DNA of 64,000 nt, taken from IMG/VR virus record IMGVR_UViG_3300031920_000359; one strand, written 5' to 3'. The position numbers and the translations under genes were made by a program. Below, piece after piece: positions 50,883 to 60,105 of this stretch. This DNA comes from a virus. The notes beneath the pieces were generated by a model. The model saw only the letters and a list, made by a program, of their open reading frames with translations. It searched no databases and was not told where the DNA came from. How positions within the stretch are numbered: position 1 is the stretch's first letter; every line of letters begins with the position of its first letter.

Positions 50883-51863
50883 ATGTCTAGAATATTTATA
50901 GATGGATTTGAAAGTGGTGATCATGATCTTTGGGATGCTGAAAATAATGCAACAGTAGTATCAAGTGCTGGTCTTGATATGGATGGAGATTATTGTTTAG
51001 ATTTAGTTGCTAATACTGAATATTTAAGTAAAAATATAACTGCTACTGATGAAATGTATTTTGCTTTTCTATATCGACCAACTATAGCTACATCATATCA
51101 AATCTTAAGTGTTTTTAATGGAACTAATTCATTAATACATTTTATACGTACAAGTGTTAAAAATATTAATGTATATCAGAGTGGAACATCACTAATGGTG
51201 TCTGGAAGCGCTTTATTATATGTTAACACAACTTATCTAATTGAAGCATATTTTAAACTTGCTGATTCTAATGGAAGAGTCGTTATAAAAATAAACAATA
51301 TTACTGATATAGATTATACAGGCGATACTAAATCAGGAGCACATACTCAATTTGATAGAGTTAGATTAGGTTATGGAGCATCTGCTCAGTTTGTTACAAA
51401 TGCTTATTTTGATAACTTTATTATGGATGACTCTGATTGGATAGGTAATACAAAAATTCAAGCTCTTGTTCCAGCAGGAATAGGAAATACTACAGATTGG
51501 ACTCCTTCTACTGGAGCTAATTGGGAATGTGTTGATGAAATTCCTGCAAATGATGCTGATTATGTAAGTATTAATGTTATAGATAAAATTGACACATATA
51601 CTACTAGTAATTTGGCAGGTACTATCGAAAGCGTTAAGTGTGTTCAAATTCAAGCAAGAGCTAAAACTGATGGTGCACCCACGCCAACAAATATAAAATT
51701 AGCAGTGCGTAGTGGAGGCACTGATTATGTAAGCGGTGATAATTTAGTTCCATCAACAGAAAAAAGTTTTTCATATCTTTGGGAAAATAATCCCGCTGAT
51801 GCTGCCGCATGGGAAGAAGCAGATGTAAATGCAATGGAAATAGGAATAAAATCGGCGACATAA
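50883..51863 (+). CDS. Lectin-like beta-sandwich virion protein
   Basis: FIDGFESG, YLIEAYF...GRVVIKIN, YFDNFIMDD. Confidence 0.5.
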   Translation: MSRIFIDGFESGDHDLWDAENNATVVSSAGLDMDGDYCLDLVANTEYLSKNITATDEMYFAFLYRPTIATSYQILSVFNGTNSLIHFIRTSVKNINVYQSGTSLMVSGSALLYVNTTYLIEAYFKLADSNGRVVIKINNITDIDYTGDTKSGAHTQFDRVRLGYGASAQFVTNAYFDNFIMDDSDWIGNTKIQALVPAGIGNTTDWTPSTGANWECVDEIPANDADYVSINVIDKIDTYTTSNLAGTIESVKCVQIQARAKTDGAPTPTNIKLAVRSGGTDYVSGDNLVPSTEKSFSYLWENNPADAAAWEEADVNAMEIGIKSAT

Positions 51864-52093
51864 ATTATGACTGATATAAGAAGTTCTCAGAATATTGCTC
51901 AAGTTGAGTGGGAAAGATCATACATAGATGTGTTTCAGAATATTGCTCAAGTTGAATGGACTGAAACACCATCTGGTTGGACTGGAAAAATTAATTCAAT
52001 AACAAATCCAGCTAAAATAAATGGTGTAGCAGTAGCAGATATAGCCTCAGTTATGGGTCATTAAAAATAGATAATATCGAAGGAAATATAACT

Positions 52094-53494
52094 ATGATAG
52101 ATGAAATTGGTAAAATAGATAAACTTATCAGTAATTTGGCTGGTTTTGAATTAGTTAGTTCAGAAAACTTACCGAATGATACTGCTGAAAATACTATCAT
52201 AGAAATTACTACTAGTTCAAGGCAAAAACTTGATTCTATATGGTTAGATTTTGTAAACTTAGTTCAAGATGTAACAATTAAAGTCTATCACAAAATTGAT
52301 GGTGCAAATTATCGACAATATGATGAATATTCTTGGTCAGTAACAGAAGAAGATGGTATATTAATAAGTAATGTTACAATAAATAACGATTGGAAATTAA
52401 CAGTTACATCAACTATTGCACAAGGTTCAATATTAGCAATACCATATAATTATATCATTACCCAAATGGAGTAATAGTTATGCCAGAATATCCAAGAAGT
52501 CCATTTAATAAAGAATATAAATATCCAACATCAATGACTAATGATACAACTTGGACTAATGTTATCCCTCCTGGGTATATGCTTGAATCAGTCGTATTAG
52601 TCGAATCTGCTGGTAATGTTCCAACTTTAAATTTAGGAACATCTGCTGGAGCAAGTGATGTATTTTCACAACAGGCAATGATTGCATCAGATATTACAGT
52701 ACTTGTAGTTAATAAAGTATTTAGTATGTTATCCAGTCAGACATTATATCTTAATGATGATGGAATAGGTACTTGGAATAGTGCAAGCCTAACAGCTATT
52801 TTACTAATGAAAAGAGCAATGATATAAACAAAGTTGAAAGGGAGATATAATGGTAACCGAAACAAAAACAATTTCTAATTCACTTAACCTAAAAGCAGGA
52901 ACAGTGTTTACTCCACCACTAAAATTTACAGACGGTGTAGCACTTACAACACCTGAAACTGGGGCAATAGAGTTTCATGACAGTAGGTTTTATATTACAA
53001 ACAAAAGTATAAGAAAAGCAATAGACAGAACATCTGATGTTGCAACAGAAACTATAACTGTAGCCAATACCACAATCGAAACCATTATGTGGACTGGAGT
53101 AATGCCTGCAAACAGTCTTGTTGCAAAAAACTTCCTTAAGTTCCATGCTGATGGTGTTGTTTCAAATGATGGATCAGCAGCTGCAGCAGACCAAATTACA
53201 ATTAGAGTGAGAGTAGGTGGTGTGGAAAAGGCTATCTTGACTCCAGCGACAAAAGCATTGTCCAATGATAACTGGAATATGAACGCTAATGCTACGCAAA
53301 GGACAATTGGTATAGCAGGATCAAGAGCGGTACATATTGATTTGCAGATAGATGATGTAAAATCTTCAGTTGTTGGTGTAGCAGCAATCGATACTACTGC
53401 CAACATGAATGTAACTGTTACTGCTCAATGGGGCAGTGCTAAAGTAACAAATACAATAAGCATGTACCAAGCTTTTATGGAATATAAAAACTAA
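52094..53494 (+). CDS. Three beta-rich structural proteins (52094-52474, 52480-52827, 52850-53494)
   Basis: Strand patterns; location in the structural module. Confidence 0.5.
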
Positions 53495-53528
53495 GCAAAT
53501 CAATAAACATTTATATAGGACTTTTAAA

Positions 53529-54887
53529 ATGAAAACGAGAATATTATTTATAGTATTAGCAATGTTATTGCTAATAATACCAGCTAATGCAACGTTGGTA
53601 GAAGATTGGCCAATGGGAAAAACAAACGTAATTCCTAATGATACAATAGGAATAATGTATGATTTTGAAGAAGGTAGTAATTGTGAAGTTCCATTTAAGA
53701 ATCAATATCCTGAAGTAGCTAAATTCCTGACAGTTCCGTCTACTCAGTTAGGTATGGGAGATAATCTACCTTCGTATGTTACTGTTGGTGGTTCAATGTG
53801 TGGTACTACAAGATGTTATATGAATATTTACCCTTCTAGTGGAGGAATAGATTGGATATACATTGTAAATAATCGAAGCGCATTTGCACCTGTTCAATTC
53901 AGTGACGGAACTTATGGTGGATTGTTTCCAGGTGAAGGTTGGCCAGGTCAAAAAGCTTCAATCGAATTTAAAGAAAATATAAATTACATATCATTTTTAG
54001 CAAGTACAGGAAATGATCTTCGAGTCAGATTATTTAATGCACAAGGTAATTCATATAATTTAATTCATTCAGATACAATACATGTAAATTATTATAGAAC
54101 AAATGGAGAACCAAGCAACTTTACACAATTTTCAATTAATACTGGAAATGTAGACATCGACAGAATGGAATTATATGGTCCATTCAACGCTTGGCATATA
54201 GACGATTTAATAGTTGGAACATCATTTGTAGAACAAACACCAAATCCCACACAAAAACCTACTCCAAATCCAACACCAAAGCCTACTCCACCACCAACTC
54301 CAGCACCGACTCCAGCACCGACTCCAGAATCTGAACCATATACGGATTATACTTATGTTGCAGAGAATGCAATAAAACTGATTGGTGAAGAGTATCAAGA
54401 ACACATGTTGGGATATGATTATACTTCAATGGAATATATGAAAGTTGAAATATTTGGATATTTAATGGACTTTTGGAATCCAGTCACAAAATCATTTGAA
54501 TATGGTAGTGGAATAAGCGATGAAGGATTAATTATCTGGTCATATAACCAACCTTATTTTAATGATGATGGAAACAAAGATTTAATAAAATGGTGTACAT
54601 CAGAAGGGATGAAAAAACACGACTTCACAATCGAAGTAGATACTCTTGATATTCGACCTAGCGATGTATTTTTCATTGATAGTAATAATGATGATAGAGC
54701 AGATACAATAGGTATGGTTATAAAATCAGATGTTGGAGGAACAAATATTATAATATCAGAAGAAGGATATGGTGTTCACACAAAATATAGCCATATCATA
54801 GAATCTACCCCAGGATTCATGGGATATTTCAGATTACCTGAAAAAATAAATGGTGGTCACAATCCAATTCCAAAATCCAACAAGTAA
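53529..54887 (+). CDS. Secreted protein: signal peptide, beta domain, Pro/Thr linker, degenerate NlpC/P60-like domain
   Basis: MKTRILFIVLAMLLLIIPANA; PTPAPT linker; A.KLIGEEY...SDEGLIIWSY...RPSDVFF...DTIGMV. Confidence 0.55.
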   Translation: MKTRILFIVLAMLLLIIPANATLVEDWPMGKTNVIPNDTIGIMYDFEEGSNCEVPFKNQYPEVAKFLTVPSTQLGMGDNLPSYVTVGGSMCGTTRCYMNIYPSSGGIDWIYIVNNRSAFAPVQFSDGTYGGLFPGEGWPGQKASIEFKENINYISFLASTGNDLRVRLFNAQGNSYNLIHSDTIHVNYYRTNGEPSNFTQFSINTGNVDIDRMELYGPFNAWHIDDLIVGTSFVEQTPNPTQKPTPNPTPKPTPPPTPAPTPAPTPESEPYTDYTYVAENAIKLIGEEYQEHMLGYDYTSMEYMKVEIFGYLMDFWNPVTKSFEYGSGISDEGLIIWSYNQPYFNDDGNKDLIKWCTSEGMKKHDFTIEVDTLDIRPSDVFFIDSNNDDRADTIGMVIKSDVGGTNIIISEEGYGVHTKYSHIIESTPGFMGYFRLPEKINGGHNPIPKSNK

Positions 54888-54921
54888 AAATAACTAATAA
54901 GTAAGAATAACTAAGGAGTAA

Positions 54922-55461
54922 ATGAACATGAGAAAAATAATAAGTATTTTAATGATATTGATGTTAATAGGTGTAGCATCAGCAGCGGTCTATGTAACAA
55001 CTAATCCAGAAGCAAGAGCATTCTTTACCCGAAACCAACCAGGGCCAGATGTATCCCCAATTGTAACAATGTTTAATAGCCCAACAGGATGGTCTAATAG
55101 TGTTGATTTTGGTACAATGGAGTCAAACTATTTTGAAAAGCAATTGAGTCATAGAAACATCGATGCATCAAATTTCACAGGTATTATAAGATTCGATGTC
55201 GAATGTGCAGAAGGATTGGTTGATAATGGAGCAGGTGGAATAAAAGATTTTGCAGATTTAGTTTACAACCATCCTAACTTAAATTCATATTCGTGTAATA
55301 ATGAATCCTGTGTTGAACGAATATCGAGTACAAAAATCACAGTTATACCAACGAATGAAACTTTTACATTTGTACCAGATGAACTAGTATTATCAAGCAT
55401 GAAGATTGAATTCATCGATATGGCATATGGTGATTATACAGTTACAGTATATGTAGAATAA
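54922..55461 (+). CDS. Secreted hypothetical protein
   Basis: Signal peptide MRKIISILMILMLIGVASA. Confidence 0.65.
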   Translation: MNMRKIISILMILMLIGVASAAVYVTTNPEARAFFTRNQPGPDVSPIVTMFNSPTGWSNSVDFGTMESNYFEKQLSHRNIDASNFTGIIRFDVECAEGLVDNGAGGIKDFADLVYNHPNLNSYSCNNESCVERISSTKITVIPTNETFTFVPDELVLSSMKIEFIDMAYGDYTVTVYVE

Positions 55462-55511
55462 TAAATTGAAAGGATGAATTTAAAATATAGCAAACTAAAT
55501 GAGGGTATAAT

Positions 55512-56813
55512 ATGGAATTTATTGCAAAACAACTAACTACTACCACAGATTCAAAGAGATTTCCTAAATTTAAAATATATGAAAATAAAATATATTATGT
55601 TTGGAACGAATATGATGTAGATGATTTTGCACAGATTTGGTTTGCTACATCAAATTTAGATGGTTCTGAGTTTATTAAAACACAATTAACTAATTATACA
55701 ATAAGTTCACTAGAACCTGAATTTTATATTTATAATAATTTAATGTATATAACATGGCACGCTTTTGAAGAAACAACTACTAAAAATCAAATATATATTG
55801 CATCTGTGCAATTGGATGGTTCAAATTTAACAATTTTATATAACACGACTCATTCAAATGGAGCGAGAAGACCAAAAATTGCAGTAAAGAACGATATAAT
55901 ATATTTAGCATACGAAGCGAGCTATTATAATGGAACTTATTATCATCACATGATGAGGGGAAAGTTAAACTTAGATGGTACTAATTTTAGTTCTATAGCA
56001 GCATCATCTAGTCCAAATGAAGTAGTATATAATGTAGAACTTTTTGTACCAAAAGACCCAATTGATACTAAGATTTATTATATATGGACCAGACGATATT
56101 TTATCGGTGATCCAGCCGGTGTACATATATGGTCAGCCGATGATGATTTATCTAATTTTACCAACATAGAATATATAGCCAACAAAACATCAAGAAATTT
56201 ATATGTAGTAGGTACTATATTATATTTTAGCATCAGTGGACTTTTTTGTAAAATTAACACAGATGGAAGTAATTATGAAGAACTATTATCACGTAGTTTT
56301 TCAATATTTCAAATAACAGATGATCTTGTAGACTTTGCCATTTCAAATCAAACAAGTTCTGATTATCCAACAAAAACATATCAATTATTATCAGCTTTTT
56401 ATAATATAAGCACAGAAGAATATTCTGAAACAGAATTAGCAAATGAACTTGTTACGGGCTTTAATGATAATATAAATTTACAATTTACTGAAAATAATAA
56501 CGATTTATATTATGTTTGGCAACAATATGATGAAAATAATAGATATCAGATATGGTTAGGTATATTAAGCGATGATTTACCAAATCTCTGTGAAAATGTA
56601 ATATGTGATGAATTCTGTGATGGTACAACTAGATATTATAATGGAATCTGTAATCCTGAAACAGGTGAATGTTTATATGATGTTGAAGAAAACTCTGAAG
56701 ATTGTGGATATATACCACCTGATGAACCTAAAACATCATCATTTCCTTGGTGGATGTTAGGTTTCTTACTATTACTACGTAATGATGACGATGAAAAGAC
56801 ATATAGAAGATAA
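55512..56813 (+). CDS. Beta-propeller-like protein with Cys cassette and tail anchor
   Basis: Repeated IYYVW/QIW..S..DG blades; CENVICDE cassette; FPWWMLGFLLLL. Confidence 0.65.
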   Translation: MEFIAKQLTTTTDSKRFPKFKIYENKIYYVWNEYDVDDFAQIWFATSNLDGSEFIKTQLTNYTISSLEPEFYIYNNLMYITWHAFEETTTKNQIYIASVQLDGSNLTILYNTTHSNGARRPKIAVKNDIIYLAYEASYYNGTYYHHMMRGKLNLDGTNFSSIAASSSPNEVVYNVELFVPKDPIDTKIYYIWTRRYFIGDPAGVHIWSADDDLSNFTNIEYIANKTSRNLYVVGTILYFSISGLFCKINTDGSNYEELLSRSFSIFQITDDLVDFAISNQTSSDYPTKTYQLLSAFYNISTEEYSETELANELVTGFNDNINLQFTENNNDLYYVWQQYDENNRYQIWLGILSDDLPNLCENVICDEFCDGTTRYYNGICNPETGECLYDVEENSEDCGYIPPDEPKTSSFPWWMLGFLLLLRNDDDEKTYRR

Positions 56814-56836
56814 AAAGCCATATAGGTGTTATATAA

Positions 56837-57718
56837 ATGAATTCTTTACAAGTAGGTACTAGTTTCAATCAATATGATTGGTGTAACGCACAAATTAAAT
56901 GTGGTGATATACTAGATGTAGCGTGTTCAGAATTTATAGATGATGGCACAGGTATAACAGTTTATTTTTTATATAATGCTACAGGTTGTGATTATATATC
57001 AAAAAGCAACTTAGTTATTAGTATAAAACCAAGTGGTAGTACAAAATGGAAAATCTGGGAAACATATGAAATACCTGAAAATGAAGGATTTACTTACAAA
57101 GCAATAGAAATTATAGATGGAACAAATAATGAATTTAAAGTTACATATAAAGAAATAACCAAATATTTCAATGTAATAGAATATTGTCCAGAAATTGATT
57201 GCTATGAAATTAGTTTAGAAAAAAATCAATGTTATCAAGGTGACACCATATACGTAGAGATTATAAACTGTTTCACAATAAATGAAGACGTCAATTGGTA
57301 TCATGAATGGTTTATAGATGGTATACAAATAGATAATAACACAAGACATTATATTATTCAAACTAATAATTTAAGTATAGGTGAACACACAATTTCAGCA
57401 AGAGCATTAACCTATTGTGGAACAAGTTCTGAATTATTATCCACACTATTTATAGTAGATAATCCAAGCGACTATTGTGATGAAACAACATGTGATAATT
57501 ATACTTTATATTCACTCAAAGGAGTATGGGATACTAACTATAACACAGTAGCATGTATAAAAGATGTTTTACTAAAAGAAAACTCAATAGAATGTGGATA
57601 CGAAGAATCAGAAGACCCAGAAGATCCAGAAGATCCAGAATTAGAAGATACCTATTATCTTAAATTTGTTGCATACTCTACTTTAGCTCTTGCAACAATA
57701 AGAATGCTGCGTGATTAA
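56837..57718 (+). CDS. Ig/PKD-like tail-anchored protein
   Basis: WFIDG...GEHTISARA; related Cys linker ending ENSIECGY; C-terminal TM. Confidence 0.6.
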   Translation: MNSLQVGTSFNQYDWCNAQIKCGDILDVACSEFIDDGTGITVYFLYNATGCDYISKSNLVISIKPSGSTKWKIWETYEIPENEGFTYKAIEIIDGTNNEFKVTYKEITKYFNVIEYCPEIDCYEISLEKNQCYQGDTIYVEIINCFTINEDVNWYHEWFIDGIQIDNNTRHYIIQTNNLSIGEHTISARALTYCGTSSELLSTLFIVDNPSDYCDETTCDNYTLYSLKGVWDTNYNTVACIKDVLLKENSIECGYEESEDPEDPEDPELEDTYYLKFVAYSTLALATIRMLRD

Positions 57719-57761
57719 AAAAATAAAATTATTAAGAAAAATTAAGAAGGAGAAATAAGTA

Positions 57762-58583
57762 ATGCCATGTATACCACAATATTATATAAGAGTAGGTAAT
57801 TACTATGATGACAGTTGGGGAGGAGCAGTGCAACTTGTTGATGTTACTTTTGATTTAAGTTTAGCAATGCTCAATGTTTATACCCCATTTGGTACCTATG
57901 AAGATAATATTCAAATAAATAAAAATAGTAGTAAAAGTTTTACTGATGGAACAAAAGTATATACTATATATGTTGGAAACATATTACGAGACCCCGATAG
58001 TGCAAATTATTTTGCACAATTATATATGTGTTATGAAGATGTAGTAAACCAAGAAGAAGGATTCCTTGTAATGGAAGAGTTTACATTTTTAGATGAAAAT
58101 AATATTATAATAGATAAAGCTCTTTCTGGAGAAATTGTTCATGCAAATTTTGTAGTAAAAAATCTAGGTGGCATAGAAGATAAATTTTGGGTTATTGTTA
58201 ATATAGGGTCAAATGTTGTATATAATAATACGTTTATTCTTGAACTAAATCAACCTGGAGATATAACTAAAACTATTATAACAGATTCTTGGACAATGCC
58301 AAATGAGGCAACAGAATTAACTATATCTTTAAACCATTTAAATTCAACAGGCTTAACATACACAGAAGATAATCGTTATGAAAAAATGTTATTACATGAA
58401 GATGATATTCCATGTGTTCCTAATTGGCAATGCGAATATCCACTAAATGGTTATGAAGAAGATGGCTGTGGAAGTAGAAGAGAAAACGATTATTGTTTAC
58501 CAATAGAAAAAACTAGTAACAACTCATATCTCATATTAGGCGGTTTAGGTTTAGCATTATTAGCAACGATGAGTAAAAAATAA
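57762..58583 (+). CDS. Tail-anchored protein (S-layer-like/CARDB-like domains)
   Basis: VKNLGG..D; CVPNWQCE...DGCG; YLILGGLGLALLATMSKK. Confidence 0.6.
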   Translation: MPCIPQYYIRVGNYYDDSWGGAVQLVDVTFDLSLAMLNVYTPFGTYEDNIQINKNSSKSFTDGTKVYTIYVGNILRDPDSANYFAQLYMCYEDVVNQEEGFLVMEEFTFLDENNIIIDKALSGEIVHANFVVKNLGGIEDKFWVIVNIGSNVVYNNTFILELNQPGDITKTIITDSWTMPNEATELTISLNHLNSTGLTYTEDNRYEKMLLHEDDIPCVPNWQCEYPLNGYEEDGCGSRRENDYCLPIEKTSNNSYLILGGLGLALLATMSKK

Positions 58584-58596
58584 AGGTGAGATATAA

Positions 58597-58773
58597 ATGT
58601 TTGATACAACAAATCCTCTATGGTTACCCGCAGGTAGTGTAAGAGCAATATTAGCTCTTGGTGTCGTTACGACATATTCGTATGTTTGTGTTACAACAGA
58701 AAATTATGAAGCTTTAGGTTTAGTTGCAGTAATGGTTATGCAAAACTATTTCCACAAGAAAGAAACCACATAA
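58597..58773 (+). CDS. 58-aa two-TM holin-like membrane protein (below ORF-track cutoff)
   Basis: Hand translation MFDTTNPLWLPAGSVRAILALGVVTT...LGLVAVMVMQNYFHKKETT; GGTGA RBS. Confidence 0.55.
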   Translation: MFDTTNPLWLPAGSVRAILALGVVTTYSYVCVTTENYEALGLVAVMVMQNYFHKKETT

Positions 58774-58790
58774 AATGAGGTAATATTACT

Positions 58791-59456
58791 ATGAAACAAA
58801 TTTGTGCATCAGATTTACATTTAGGTTATGAAAGAGCCAACTATGATAAAATATGCAAACTATTCGATATAGCTAAAGATAAATCTGATGAACTTATTTT
58901 ATGTGGTGATACCTTTGACCTTTGGCGATACCCTGTATCAAAAATAGACAAAACAACAATGATAGGATTCAAAGATTGTTTAAATAAACTAAAAGAAACA
59001 GCTAATGAAATACCTGTAAAAATAATAACAGGAAATCACGATTATAATTTACAAAAAGTTTGGAAGAATCTAAGAAAAGACTACAACGTTGAAATAACAG
59101 ATAGTTTTTATCAAGGAAATATTTATTATACACACGGCTGGCAATTCGATATAAAGCAAAGATTAGGTAGTTTTGCTTATTCATGGATAATAGATAAATT
59201 TCCTTATTTTTATCAAAAATTATTTAAAACGCCTGTTCAAATGGGTTTAATAAAAGATGATAAATTTAATTTTTTTATTGAAAAAGTACATCATGAAGCA
59301 GAAAAATTTGCTATTAATAATACTTTAAAATATGTAGTTATGGGACATACCCATATACCAACAATATTCAATAAAGTAATTAATTGTGGTGATTTTATAG
59401 ATTCATGTAGTTATGTAGTTATCAAAGACAAAAAAATCGAAATGAGGTATATTTAA
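58791..59456 (+). CDS. Calcineurin-like metallophosphoesterase
   Basis: SDLHLG, GDTFD, GNHD, THG, GHTH. Confidence 0.9.
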   Translation: MKQICASDLHLGYERANYDKICKLFDIAKDKSDELILCGDTFDLWRYPVSKIDKTTMIGFKDCLNKLKETANEIPVKIITGNHDYNLQKVWKNLRKDYNVEITDSFYQGNIYYTHGWQFDIKQRLGSFAYSWIIDKFPYFYQKLFKTPVQMGLIKDDKFNFFIEKVHHEAEKFAINNTLKYVVMGHTHIPTIFNKVINCGDFIDSCSYVVIKDKKIEMRYI

Positions 59457-59457
59457 A

Positions 59458-60096
59458 ATGGATAATATAACTTTAGCCACAATTGCTAATTCTGTTGAAC
59501 AAATAAACAAAAGACTTGATGATTTACATAATAGATGTAATGAAACAAATGCAACGCTTAGATTATTAATAACAGAAAACAATAATTCACACAGCGATTT
59601 AAATAGAAAAATAGACCAAGCTTGTCGATTAATAGCAAAAGTTGATAAAGACTCATCAGTTTGTTCACAAAAACTAGACGACCATTTAAAACACCATAAA
59701 AAAGAAGACAATAGAGCAAACATAAACGGAGTAAAGATTACAAGTATGGTAGGTAATTTTATCAGCGCAGCAATAGCAGCTACAGCAGTTTTATATTCAA
59801 CAGGAACAATTTAAAATTATTGATGATAACTATGAAAAAATAAAAGGTAGTGATAATAAATGTATGACAGAAATCTAAAAGATGGACAACAAGTCGGATG
59901 GCAAGAAGGCGGAAGAGGACTAAATCAAGTAGACGAATGTAGAAATCCGACAGAATACATTCAAAGATTTGATGCAACAAATACATATCAATTAAGTGAT
60001 GATATTGGAGAAGAACCAACAGATTGCACGACCAAGTTTCTATTAATAATCGGAGCAGGATTAGTATTATTAAAATTAATAAACAAAAAGGAGTAA
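59458..60096 (+). CDS. Coiled-coil plus TM protein (59458-59814) and small tail-anchored protein (59860-60096)
   Basis: Heptads with C-terminal hydrophobic helix; FLLIIGAGLVLLKLINKKE. Confidence 0.6.
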
Positions 60097-60105
60097 TGAT
60101 ATATA

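Noticed and set aside
54236-54330. PT/PA low-complexity repeats (also EDP x3 at about 57610)
   Set aside because: Ordinary flexible linkers with synonymous variation; recorded within their CDS calls
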